Position numbers and translations under genes: made by a program
The notes under the pieces: generated by a model
Seen by the model: the letters and a program-made list of their open reading frames with translations, nothing else
Databases searched by the model: none
What the model was told of the DNA's origin: nothing
Shown: piece after piece, positions 16,639-26,022 of the stretch
Position numbering within the stretch: the first letter of the stretch is position 1
Layout: each line of letters starts with the position of its first letter
Origin: Candidatus Gottesmanbacteria bacterium RIFCSPHIGHO2_02_FULL_40_13
GTDB lineage: Bacteria; Patescibacteriota; Microgenomatia; 2-02-FULL-39-11
Length of the DNA stretch: 44,329 nucleotides
Reading direction: 5' to 3'
NCBI GenBank assembly: GCA_001779235.1
Contig: MFJN01000034.1
Coordinates: 11,202 to 55,530 of the forward strand

Positions 16639-18687
16639 TTAATTCGGCGCGATATACATTATTTTAGCCTGTCTTAATTTATCCTGCAAGGGGGGAAAAT
16701 TTAAAAGGCTTTGGTCCTCAAAAACCGTTTCTACCGCGGTTTTAGAAGTCTTTATGAGATTTACATCTCCAAGATCGGCAATTTTAAACGGTACAAAACC
16801 GTGTTGCGCAGTACCGTACATTTCTCCGGGTCCCCGCAGGCGAAGATCATATTCAGCTAAAATTGGGCCTTTGTCAGATTTTTCCAGCAGTTTAAGCCGA
16901 TCTATTGTTTGAGAATTGGCATTATCCGAAAAAAGAAGGCAATATGACTGGTATCTTCCCCGCCCGACTCTTCCGCGCAGCTGATGAAGCTGAGCAAGGC
17001 CGAACCGTTCAGCTGCTTCAATCAGCATCACGACAGCATCAGGAAAATCAATGCCGACCTCTACGATAGGGGTGGCAACCAGGATATGTATTTGTTTATT
17101 CTCCATTTGAGACATGACCTTTTGGCGTTCTTTAGCGGAAAGTCTGGAGTGCAGGAGGCCCAGTTTCAACTGCGGGAACGCCTCCCGGGACAGCCTCTCA
17201 TATTCCTTTTTTACGGCCTTTACTGTTGTTAAAGTTTCAGATTCTTCGATAAAGGGGCAGATGATAAATGCCTGTTTTGTAATTTTGGCATAGTTTTCTT
17301 TAAATTTTAACAGCTCTTTAATCCAATTATAGGCAGAGGCTCTTTTATTTTCAGGTACAACCCAGGTTTTGATTTTTTTACGCCCGGTTGGCATTTCGTC
17401 GATAACTGATATATCCAGATCGGCAAAAACAGTGAGGGCAAGAGTTCTGGGTATAGGAGTGGCTGTCAGGCTCAAGAGGTGCGGTTTATCGCCTTTCTGA
17501 CGAAATTTCGTTCTCTGGGTTACCCCGAATCTCTGCTGTTCGTCGATGACAGCCAAAGCCAGATTTTTCAGCTCAATTTTATCGGCAATAAGCGCATGAG
17601 TACCTACATATATATCAGTATTCTCAGTGTCCGGGTGATTTTCGGCGGTTATCAGAGAAATTTTTATCTGATAAGGACTTAAAATATTTTTCATAGTCCG
17701 GAAGTGCTGTTTGGCAAGTATTTCGGTCGGGGCCATCAGAGCCGACTTAAATCCGTTTAAAAACACCACATACATAGCAATGGCTGCAACAACTGTCTTA
17801 CCCGATCCGACGTCTCCTTCCAATAGTCTATTCATCGGATACGGTTCAGCTATGTCTTCGAGAATCTCCTGCAGTGATTTTTCCTGGGAATGGGTTAAGG
17901 TAAAAGGAAGGCTGCTGATGAAGCCGTGAATTTTGGGGTTAAATTCTTCATTTCTGATTCTAAACTTAGTGAATTCTTTTTTATTTTTTAACTTATTTAG
18001 TTTGCTATGCATTTGGAACAAAAACATTTCATCAAAGGAAAGGCGTTTCCGCGCATCTTCTACATCAGTCAAATTCTTCGGGAAATGAATATTAAAAAGA
18101 GCAGATTTTAAAGGAGGCAAATGATAATCCGCCAAAAGGCGCGCAGGCAAATAGTCCCTGATTTCAGATAAGAAATTCGTCAGAAGAGAATAGGTCCTTG
18201 ATCTTATCCATTTTGATGACAGCCCCCGTGTTTCAGGGTAAATCGGAGCCAGACGGCCGGTATGTATCAAGGACTTTTGAGATGTAACAAGTTCATATTC
18301 AGGCGACTCCAGCATCAATTTGAAGCCGTAGATACTGGTATTCCCGGCAAGGCTGACTGCCGAGCCGGCCTTTAATATCCGGGTCAGAAAGGGTTGGTTG
18401 TACCAGATGACATCTATGGAATCTGTCTCATCGGAAAGCCGTGCTTTTTGAATTTTCTTGCCGGATTTGGTAAAGGAATTGGAAATTTTAGTTATGGTTC
18501 CGATGACCGTAACTCTCTCCCCGGGTTGAAGCCGGTTGATTTTGGAAATTACAGTGTAATTTTCGTAGCGTGAAGGAAGATGATATATCAGGTCTTCAAT
18601 GGTATAGATTGAGAGTTTATTTAATTTGGCGGCGTAAACATTGCCTATCATCCTTAAGGATGAGATGTTTGATGTGAGAGTGAGCAT
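16639..18687 (-). CDS. recG: ATP-dependent DNA helicase RecG
   Basis: Wedge/OB N-terminus, GDVGSGKTVVA, DEQQRFGV, TATPIPRT, QLHQLRGRVGRG. Confidence 0.95.
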   Translation of the reverse strand: MLTLTSNISSLRMIGNVYAAKLNKLSIYTIEDLIYHLPSRYENYTVISKINRLQPGERVTVIGTITKISNSFTKSGKKIQKARLSDETDSIDVIWYNQPFLTRILKAGSAVSLAGNTSIYGFKLMLESPEYELVTSQKSLIHTGRLAPIYPETRGLSSKWIRSRTYSLLTNFLSEIRDYLPARLLADYHLPPLKSALFNIHFPKNLTDVEDARKRLSFDEMFLFQMHSKLNKLKNKKEFTKFRIRNEEFNPKIHGFISSLPFTLTHSQEKSLQEILEDIAEPYPMNRLLEGDVGSGKTVVAAIAMYVVFLNGFKSALMAPTEILAKQHFRTMKNILSPYQIKISLITAENHPDTENTDIYVGTHALIADKIELKNLALAVIDEQQRFGVTQRTKFRQKGDKPHLLSLTATPIPRTLALTVFADLDISVIDEMPTGRKKIKTWVVPENKRASAYNWIKELLKFKENYAKITKQAFIICPFIEESETLTTVKAVKKEYERLSREAFPQLKLGLLHSRLSAKERQKVMSQMENKQIHILVATPIVEVGIDFPDAVVMLIEAAERFGLAQLHQLRGRVGRGRYQSYCLLFSDNANSQTIDRLKLLEKSDKGPILAEYDLRLRGPGEMYGTAQHGFVPFKIADLGDVNLIKTSKTAVETVFEDQSLLNFPPLQDKLRQAKIMYIAPN

Positions 18688-18804
18688 ATTAACTTATAGG
18701 AAAAACAGGGGAAGCAGTGATGATGCTATTAAAGATAGACTGGAGATGATAATGACAACCGTCCAAAGTTTTTTATGTTTGCGAAAAAAATTCATATGTT
18801 TATC

Positions 18805-18841
18805 CGATCCTGGATCGAATTAGCTTCACGATCCAGGATCG
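18805..18841 (-). terminator. 13-bp perfect hairpin at the tyrS 3' end, with the stop codon in the loop
   Basis: cgatcctggatcg (18805-18817) and cgatccaggatcg (18829-18841) are perfect inverted repeats with an 11-nt loop. On the minus strand a T7 run follows only after about 15 nt, so this is an atypical terminator. Confidence 0.45.
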
Positions 18842-20049
18842 ATCGCTTTGTTCGCTACTAGTAATTTAACAAACTTGTGCTTCCCTGCTTTCACAATCAT
18901 GCCGTTTTTTAAGGAAATTTTCTGCTGCGGATCCGTATATTTTTTTCCGTCAATTTCAACCGCTCCTGCATTTATCAACCGTTTTATTTCACTAGCGCTA
19001 TCTGAGACATTTATTTTCATTAAAGTATCTTTTACCGTTAGATTTTCAGAAACATTAATATTTATTGTGGGAATATCACCTGTCATATCTTTTTTCTGAA
19101 AAGTTGCCTCAAAATAATCCTCTGCTTTTTGGGCATCATCTTCGCTATTTAACATTTTAGTCAATGTAAAAGCCAGAAGTTTTTTGTACTGCATCGGATT
19201 TTTCCCGGACGAAAGATCGTCGCGAAATCTTTTTATATCTTCCATAGGAACATCGGTTATATACTCGAAAGATTTGACGATTACATCGTCGGGTAAACTC
19301 ATTACCATGCCGTAAAGATCATTGGGTAAGGCCGTAAGTGCAATCACATTTCCTTCGGTTTTGCCTATTTTCTTACCGGACGAATCTGTCAGGAGTGGTG
19401 TAGTCATGACAAATTTTTCTTTTTTTAACATGGCGCGGACTAATTTCCTTCCGGCAAGCATATTAAAGGTTTGATCACTTCCTCCCAATTCCAGATCTAC
19501 TTTCATTGCAACTGAATCATACCCCTGCAGTAAAGGGTACATGAATTCCCGGAAATTAATTTCGCTGCCGGATTTCTTTCTTTCCACATACATATCTCTT
19601 TCTTCCAAATATTGCAGTGAAAAATTTTCAGAAATATTTAAAATATCCATTAAACTCAACTTATTTAACCAGTCGCCGTTGTAAAGAATTTCAGCGGCAT
19701 TCTTACCCGAAAACTTCACGATTTTGCCGGCTTGTATCACATAATTCTTAGCATTTCTTCGCAGTTGTCGGTTCGTAAGAAATTTTTCGCGGGTTCTCGT
19801 TTTTCCCGATGGATCCCCGGCTTGCCCGGTACCGTCCCCTATTAAAAATATTACATGATGACCAAGTTCTTGAAACTGGCGAAGTTTCATAAGACCTGTC
19901 ATATGGCCTATGTGGAGTTGTATTCCAGACGGATCAAAGCCTTGGTAAAGACGAAGTTTTTTGCCGCTTCGAAGTAATTTTTCCAATGCTTCTTTAGAAG
20001 GATAAATTTTGTCTACACCCCGGGTAAGCAATTCATCTATCTCGTCCAT
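18826..20049 (-). CDS. tyrS: Tyrosyl-tRNA synthetase
   Basis: LHIGH (HIGH motif), KIGKT (KMSKS-like), C-terminal S4-like domain. Two in-frame ATGs (20055, 20049). 20049 sits 6 nt after an extended -10. Confidence 0.93.
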   Translation of the reverse strand: MDEIDELLTRGVDKIYPSKEALEKLLRSGKKLRLYQGFDPSGIQLHIGHMTGLMKLRQFQELGHHVIFLIGDGTGQAGDPSGKTRTREKFLTNRQLRRNAKNYVIQAGKIVKFSGKNAAEILYNGDWLNKLSLMDILNISENFSLQYLEERDMYVERKKSGSEINFREFMYPLLQGYDSVAMKVDLELGGSDQTFNMLAGRKLVRAMLKKEKFVMTTPLLTDSSGKKIGKTEGNVIALTALPNDLYGMVMSLPDDVIVKSFEYITDVPMEDIKRFRDDLSSGKNPMQYKKLLAFTLTKMLNSEDDAQKAEDYFEATFQKKDMTGDIPTININVSENLTVKDTLMKINVSDSASEIKRLINAGAVEIDGKKYTDPQQKISLKNGMIVKAGKHKFVKLLVANKAIDPGS

Positions 20050-20055
20050 ATGCAT

Positions 20056-20121
20056 AATATACCATATTTAGATGTTTTACGTTTAGTCTTGTTTGCCTGG
20101 AATCTATCTTTTTGCTAAACT
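20056..20121. promoter_or_regulatory. Divergent promoter region tyrS <-> PBP, both leaderless-type
   Basis: Minus strand: TGgTATATT (20064-20056), 6 nt, then ATG at 20049. Plus strand: TTGCCT (20093-20098), 17 nt including TGc, TAAACT (20116-20121), 6 nt, then ATG at 20128. Confidence 0.45.
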
Positions 20122-20127
20122 AGCGTT

Positions 20128-22758
20128 ATGGCTCATAATTTCCGCAGCCGGCACAGGAACAGATTGAAATACGGTAAACTAATAAAATTTAACTCCTACT
20201 CCTTGAGGTTGCTGAAAGTAAAACTGGGCAGTCACCTTACGGCTATTACTCTTGTGATATTAGGAGTTTTGGCATTAATCTTTGTCTTGTTGTTTTTTTG
20301 GTATTCCCGGGATTTACCCGCTCCCGATAAAGTTAAAAGAAAAACAGGTTTTTCGACAGTGCTTCTGGACAGGAAAGGAAAACCCATCTATGACATTTAC
20401 TCCGACCAGAATAGAATTCCGATTGCGTTTGCAGAGATTCCGGAAAGTCTGAAAAAAGCCACTATTGCCATCGAAGACAAAAGTTTTTATTCCCATCAGG
20501 GTTTTGATCCGAAAGGAATTCTCCGCTCTCTTTTCAATATCATAACATTTAGAGGTTTGCAAGGCGGTTCAACTCTGACCCAGCAGCTGGTAAAAAATGT
20601 ATTACTATCCAGCGAGCGGACTTTACCCCGAAAAATTAAAGAATTTATCCTGTCTATACAGATTGAAAGAAAATATTCCAAAGATGATATTCTGCAGATG
20701 TATATGAATGAAGCTCCATACGGAGGTACAATGTGGGGAATCGAGTCAGCCGCCGAAGGTTATTTTGGCAAGCATGCCAAAGATTTAGATTTTCTGGAAA
20801 GCATAATTCTTGCAGGGCTTCCGCAAAGGCCTTCATATTATACCCCGTACGGTCCCAATCCTAAGGCATATCTTATTCGTGCCGAAGAAGTGCTCAGGCG
20901 TCTCCGTGAAGATAATATTATTACTTCAAGTCAGGAAGCGGAGTATAAAAGAAATTTACCTGATGTCAAATTTATTTCCAATACCGATCAATCCCGCGCC
21001 TGGCATTTTGTGGAATACGTTAAAAAACAGCTGTCCGAACAGTTTGGCGATGCCCTGATAGAAAAATCAGGTTTGCGGGTGACAACCACTCTTGATTCTG
21101 ATTTACAATCAAATGTCGAAAAAATTATTGTTGAAGAGCTTGAAAAACTGAAAGGCATGAGCGTCAGTAACGGTGCTGCACTGGTAATTGATCCGCGAAG
21201 CGGTGAAATCTTATCTTATGTGGGCAGTAAAGAATACAATTCCCAGGATGAAAATTTTCAGGGTAAATTTGACGTTGTAAGCATGGGTTTCCGACAGCCC
21301 GGTAGCGCTCTTAAGCCAATTACTTATGCTGCAGCCTTCAATAAGGGTTATACCCCGTCATATCTTCTGATGGATGTGGAAACGAAATTTCATGGAGGTG
21401 CCGATAATAAGGATTATATTCCCAAAAATTATGACAATAAATTCCGCGGTCCCGTACAGCTAAGATATGCTCTGGCCAATTCTGTCAATATTCCTGCGGT
21501 CAAACTGACAGCCCTTACGGGCATAATAGATATTCTAAAAACTGCTTCAGATATGGGTATCACTACACTTACTCCGACTGATGATAATGTGCAAAGACTC
21601 GGGCTTTCATTGACTCTTGGAGGAGGTGAAGTAAGGCTTTTGGATTTAACCAGCGCCTATGGAGTATTTGCAACAGGCGGTATAAAGTACGATCCGATCG
21701 TTATTTTAAAAATTACAGACTCCAACGGCAAAACTCTTTATGAGTATAAACCAGGTGCCGGCAAAAGAGTAATAAACGAAGATGTAAGTTTTTTAATATC
21801 CGATATACTGTCCGACAATGACAGCCGAAAGGAAATTTTTGGCCTCAACAGTTACCTGTATATACCTGCACATGATGTTGCAGTCAAAACAGGAACGACC
21901 GACGATAAGCGGGATAACTGGACGGTAGGTTATACTACGTCGTCAGTGGTAGGTGTCTGGGTAGGTAATAACGATAATTCACCCATGAATCCTAAAATTG
22001 CTTCGGGTGTGACAGGAGCTGCTCCCATCTGGAATCGGATTATTAAAAAAGCGATTGAAAAATATCCGGGGAAAACTTTTCATAAACCGGGTAATGTGAT
22101 GAGTCTGGACATTGATGGTTTTGGAGGAGGACTTCCCCGCGAAGGTAGGCCGACACGAAAAGAGTATTTCATCAAAGGTACGGATCCTACCTCCGTAGCT
22201 TCCATTTACCAGAAATTAAAATTATCAAAGGCTGACAATAATAAACTGGCAAATTCTGTTGAGATTGCCAGCGGTTCTTATGACGAAAAAGAATTTATCG
22301 TTTTCCGTGAAGATGATCCGACTTCCCTGAAAGGAAGCGAGAATATGTGGCAAAAGGGTATTGATGCATGGCTTGCAACTCAAAATGATCCTTCTTACCA
22401 TCCTCCGACTGACTCTTCAACCAATAATGAGAACCAGGTCATAGTCAGGATAAAAAATCCACAGGATAAACAGGAAATTAATGATGAAAATGTTAATATA
22501 GATGCCGATGCTAAAGCGGTTAAGAGTATTACCAAAATTGAAGTCTACGTGGATGATGTTTTAAAAACAACCGTCAATAACAGTTATTTTAACGATACCC
22601 TTCATTTAGATAAGGGTGTTCATTCTTTGAAAATTAAAGCTTACGACAGTGATAATCACAGCGGGGAATCTTCTATCACGATTGGAGTCAAAGTCTCCCC
22701 CGACCCCCCCACCTCAACTCCTGTTCCTACAATTCCTACTCCATCCCCTACGCCGTAA
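20128..22758 (+). CDS. ponA: Class A penicillin-binding protein (GT51 glycosyltransferase + transpeptidase) with C-terminal Ig-like domain and Pro/Thr tail
   Basis: EDKSFYSHQGFD, GGSTLTQQL, RKIKE (GT51). SALKP (SxxK), SVN, KTGTT (transpeptidase). N-terminal TM. Confidence 0.95.
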   Translation: MAHNFRSRHRNRLKYGKLIKFNSYSLRLLKVKLGSHLTAITLVILGVLALIFVLLFFWYSRDLPAPDKVKRKTGFSTVLLDRKGKPIYDIYSDQNRIPIAFAEIPESLKKATIAIEDKSFYSHQGFDPKGILRSLFNIITFRGLQGGSTLTQQLVKNVLLSSERTLPRKIKEFILSIQIERKYSKDDILQMYMNEAPYGGTMWGIESAAEGYFGKHAKDLDFLESIILAGLPQRPSYYTPYGPNPKAYLIRAEEVLRRLREDNIITSSQEAEYKRNLPDVKFISNTDQSRAWHFVEYVKKQLSEQFGDALIEKSGLRVTTTLDSDLQSNVEKIIVEELEKLKGMSVSNGAALVIDPRSGEILSYVGSKEYNSQDENFQGKFDVVSMGFRQPGSALKPITYAAAFNKGYTPSYLLMDVETKFHGGADNKDYIPKNYDNKFRGPVQLRYALANSVNIPAVKLTALTGIIDILKTASDMGITTLTPTDDNVQRLGLSLTLGGGEVRLLDLTSAYGVFATGGIKYDPIVILKITDSNGKTLYEYKPGAGKRVINEDVSFLISDILSDNDSRKEIFGLNSYLYIPAHDVAVKTGTTDDKRDNWTVGYTTSSVVGVWVGNNDNSPMNPKIASGVTGAAPIWNRIIKKAIEKYPGKTFHKPGNVMSLDIDGFGGGLPREGRPTRKEYFIKGTDPTSVASIYQKLKLSKADNNKLANSVEIASGSYDEKEFIVFREDDPTSLKGSENMWQKGIDAWLATQNDPSYHPPTDSSTNNENQVIVRIKNPQDKQEINDENVNIDADAKAVKSITKIEVYVDDVLKTTVNNSYFNDTLHLDKGVHSLKIKAYDSDNHSGESSITIGVKVSPDPPTSTPVPTIPTPSPTP

Positions 22759-22793
22759 TTTTTATTTTATCCAAATAATGAACCGAGCGGCGA

Positions 22794-24830
22794 TTATTGT
22801 TTAAAAGTAATTTTGTACTTTGAGGTGAGAGTTTGGAGAATTTTATCTCTTACATTTTTTACATCTTCACTTTTCAAATTTTTCTTTTCATCCTGGTAGG
22901 TAATTCTTAATGTCGTTGAGTTATGGTAATGATCGACCATCTCAACTTTTTTTACTATCTTATTAATCTTGTAGATTTCAGAAATTAGAGGTCCGATGTA
23001 TGTTTTGGGAGGGTATTGGATAGTGAGGTCTTCAATGACAGCAGGATATAAGGGAATCGGTATATAACTTTTGGCGGGATTGGAAAGATCAACTAATATT
23101 TCTACATTCAGTACCGCCAAATAAAGAGCATTCTTTATTTGAAAGTTTTGAGAAATTGCTGGGTGGATTTTGCCAATATATGCTATTATTTTCCCACTCT
23201 TAACTAATGATACTGTTTGTTTCGGATGCCAGAAATGGCTCCATGTACCGGCAAAATCATTTTGATTTGATGGAATATTTTCTTTGACGCCCGCTATTCC
23301 CACCTCTTTAAGTAATAATTCAACAAATCCCTTGATCTTATAAAAATTGTTCTGGTTGCTGAGTGCGAGTATTGGAACTTCATCGGGTAAATCGTTCTTT
23401 TTAGGAAGATAAACGTTTGCCAATTCAAATAGTTGCAAATTATCAGAATAAAATTGATTTCTTGCCACAGTATCCAACATAGATGGAATCAGTGAAATCC
23501 GCATGTATTCAATATCAGAGGTAAGAGGATTAGCGACTTTGAGATGAGCAGAAGTTTTTAAGTTTGCTTTAGCGATCAATTCGCCGGAGATAAAAGAGTA
23601 ATTATAGACTTCGGTATGACCCCAATACTTTAGAATTTGTTTTATTTTTTCCTCAATGTCTAAAATTTTGGGTCTATTTGTAACTGGTATTTCTCCGGAC
23701 ATTAGTTTACTTGGCAGATTATGGTATCCATAGATGCGGGCAACTTCCTCAGCAATGTCTTCAGGGATGGTTACGTCAAATTGGCGAAACGTTGGTGGAG
23801 TAATTTCGAGTGAAGTGTTTTGCTCACTTATATGAAACGATAGAGATTCTAAGATACTAACTATTTCTGATTTCTTTAATACAATCCCCAATCTATCATT
23901 AATAAATTCGATAGTAGTCTTTATAGTTGTTGGTTTTGATTTTCTTGGATATATATCGATAAGTTCACCTGCAACTTTTCCTCCGGCAAGCTCCTGATAT
24001 AATTCTATTCCTCGCAGTAATGCTGTTTTTACCAATTCCGAGTCAGGATGTTTTTCATTGATAGTTGCTGCCATGGTGCGGATTCCATAACGCATAGAGG
24101 TTTTTCTTATTAATACCGGATTATTTGATTCAATAAAGAAAAATATTCTCCGTGTGTTTTTATTAACTACGCTATTTTCCGTACCCATGATGCCAGGCAG
24201 ATCAATAACTCTACCTGTTCCGTCATCTATAATGACATCCTCCGAATTTAATAAATATTTTTTATTATCCAAAGTTTCGATTGGTTCATTCTTTTTTGCA
24301 AAACGGATGAGGAATTTATGTGTTTTTATGCGATCGTAATCAAAGACATGGGAAGGGTGTCCGAGTTCAAGCATGACATAATTGGTGATATCAACCAGAT
24401 TATTCAGAGATCGAATACCAGACTTTTCAATGCGGTCTTTGATATAAGCGGGAGATGGTTTCATGAAGTCAACTTCCATCACAACACCCATAATGCGGTT
24501 ACAAATGATTTCAGGATCAGAAACTTCCATAGGGAGATGATTTGATTCCTTCACCCGAAAGGATTCCATACGGCCACCTTTCAGTTGTTTTAAGGCAGCT
24601 TTTATACCGAACCTGGGAAGTATTGCCACAGCTTCTCTGGCAATGCCATATACGGAAGCACAATCTGCCCGGTTTGAAGTAATCTCGATTTCATAGATAT
24701 AATCGTTATTTACTTTATTAATTCTCTCTACAGAAGGGCCACACAGAGATAAGCAGTCTTTCAACTGCTGTGGTGTAGCGTCAGTTTCCAGATATTCTCG
24801 TAGCCAGGAATCGGTAACAAGGATATTCAT
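22794..24830 (-). CDS. pheT: Phenylalanyl-tRNA synthetase beta subunit
   Basis: MNILVTDSWLREYL... B3/4, B5 and FDX-ACB-like C-terminus. ATG at 24830. The track extension to 24866 translates the intergenic repeat. Confidence 0.92.
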   Translation of the reverse strand: MNILVTDSWLREYLETDATPQQLKDCLSLCGPSVERINKVNNDYIYEIEITSNRADCASVYGIAREAVAILPRFGIKAALKQLKGGRMESFRVKESNHLPMEVSDPEIICNRIMGVVMEVDFMKPSPAYIKDRIEKSGIRSLNNLVDITNYVMLELGHPSHVFDYDRIKTHKFLIRFAKKNEPIETLDNKKYLLNSEDVIIDDGTGRVIDLPGIMGTENSVVNKNTRRIFFFIESNNPVLIRKTSMRYGIRTMAATINEKHPDSELVKTALLRGIELYQELAGGKVAGELIDIYPRKSKPTTIKTTIEFINDRLGIVLKKSEIVSILESLSFHISEQNTSLEITPPTFRQFDVTIPEDIAEEVARIYGYHNLPSKLMSGEIPVTNRPKILDIEEKIKQILKYWGHTEVYNYSFISGELIAKANLKTSAHLKVANPLTSDIEYMRISLIPSMLDTVARNQFYSDNLQLFELANVYLPKKNDLPDEVPILALSNQNNFYKIKGFVELLLKEVGIAGVKENIPSNQNDFAGTWSHFWHPKQTVSLVKSGKIIAYIGKIHPAISQNFQIKNALYLAVLNVEILVDLSNPAKSYIPIPLYPAVIEDLTIQYPPKTYIGPLISEIYKINKIVKKVEMVDHYHNSTTLRITYQDEKKNLKSEDVKNVRDKILQTLTSKYKITFKQ

Positions 24831-24928
24831 AGCGTTAAGCGTTAAGCGTGAAGGGAAAAGTAACAAATAACAATAATCTTTACGCTTTACCCTTTCTGCT
24901 TTACGCTTTACCCTTTCTGCTTTACGCT
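24831..24928. repeat. pheS-pheT intergenic spacer built from 7-nt units: 21-bp tandem repeat (2.4 copies) plus an imperfect inverted copy
   Basis: ctttacgctttaccctttctg at 24878-24898 and 24899-24919, plus ctttacgct at 24920-24928. The left arm agcgttaagcgttaagcgtgaagggaaaag (24831-24860) matches the reverse complement of the right unit at 18/23 positions. A 17-nt AT-rich spacer lies between them. Confidence 0.85.
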
Positions 24929-24930
24929 AG

Positions 24931-25959
24931 TTAAAATTGTTCTAAAAATCTAATATCATTACTATATAAAAGTCTCAAATCATCAATTTTAAGTCCCTGT
25001 TTCATCATGTAGGTACGTTCAACCCCCCAGCCGAAAGCGTACCCGGTATATTTCATGGGATCAATTTTACCGGCCTTTAAAACATTGGGATGAACCATGC
25101 CGGAACCACATAGTTCCATCCAACCTTCTTTACAAAGCCTGCAACCTCTGCCTTTGCAGAATCCACAAGTAATGTCCACTTCAAATGATGGTTCAGTAAA
25201 TTGAAAGTGGAATGGGCGTAACCGTATTTTTCTATCTTTTCCGAAAAATTCTTTAGCAAAATACTCAAAAGTTCCCTTAAGATGTGTGATATTTATGCCT
25301 TTATCTATTACTAATCCTTCGAATTGATGGAACATCGGAGTATGAGAGATATCCCAATTGGGGCGATAACATTTGGCGATGTTGATCATTCTTATAGGTG
25401 GCTTTCCCGCTCTTTCCATTTCTCTTACCTGGCCTGATGATGTATGAGGAGACAAAACCACTTTTCCCATTTTAAGATTTGGGGGTAAATCGATAAAAAA
25501 AGTTTCAAAATCGTCACGCGCAGGGTGATTTACTGGCATATTTAATGAATCGAAAGAATACCATTCCCATTCGATTTCAGGGTATCTTCTGCGTGTAAAA
25601 CCGATTCTCTCAAATATACGGGTAACCTCTGAAATAGTTTGACTGACTATATGTAGATGGCCTAATTTGGGTGGCGTGCCGGGAGCAGTCACATCGAGCC
25701 AGTCGGAGAGCTGATTGTTTGCAACTAATTTTTTTTGCTTACTGATTTTTTCCTCTAAATTCTTTTTTATTTTATTAGCCAAAATCCCAATTATTGGTCT
25801 TTCACTTTGAGGGATTTCTTTAAGTTTCTTAAGTAACTTAGTGAAGTTACCATTTTGCCCAAATAATTTCAGATACAATGCATTTACGTCTTTATCACTT
25901 TTCAACTTCGCCAATTCTACTAGAGACATATTTTCTAATTCGTTTAGTTCTTTTTCCAT
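24931..25959 (-). CDS. pheS: Phenylalanyl-tRNA synthetase alpha subunit
   Basis: Class II motifs (HPARD, FRPNWDISHTPMFHQFEG, GWGVERT). The first ATG is at 25959 (MEKELNEL...). The track start 26001 is TTG. Confidence 0.93.
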   Translation of the reverse strand: MEKELNELENMSLVELAKLKSDKDVNALYLKLFGQNGNFTKLLKKLKEIPQSERPIIGILANKIKKNLEEKISKQKKLVANNQLSDWLDVTAPGTPPKLGHLHIVSQTISEVTRIFERIGFTRRRYPEIEWEWYSFDSLNMPVNHPARDDFETFFIDLPPNLKMGKVVLSPHTSSGQVREMERAGKPPIRMINIAKCYRPNWDISHTPMFHQFEGLVIDKGINITHLKGTFEYFAKEFFGKDRKIRLRPFHFQFTEPSFEVDITCGFCKGRGCRLCKEGWMELCGSGMVHPNVLKAGKIDPMKYTGYAFGWGVERTYMMKQGLKIDDLRLLYSNDIRFLEQF

Positions 25960-26022
25960 ATTTGTTGCTTTTTCCACCACGTAATAAATTTTGTCAAACA
26001 AAATTTAAACGTGGTAGGAACG

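Noticed and set aside
24831-24866. N-terminal extension of pheT (MLLFPSRLTLNA...)
   Set aside because: It is the translation of the heptamer repeat spacer. Conserved PheT sequence starts at MNILVTDSW (ATG 24830).
6255-24928. Tandem repeats at 6255-6316 and 24878-24928 considered as CRISPR arrays
   Set aside because: Only 2 to 2.4 directly abutting copies, no unique spacers and no cas genes. They are simple tandem duplications.
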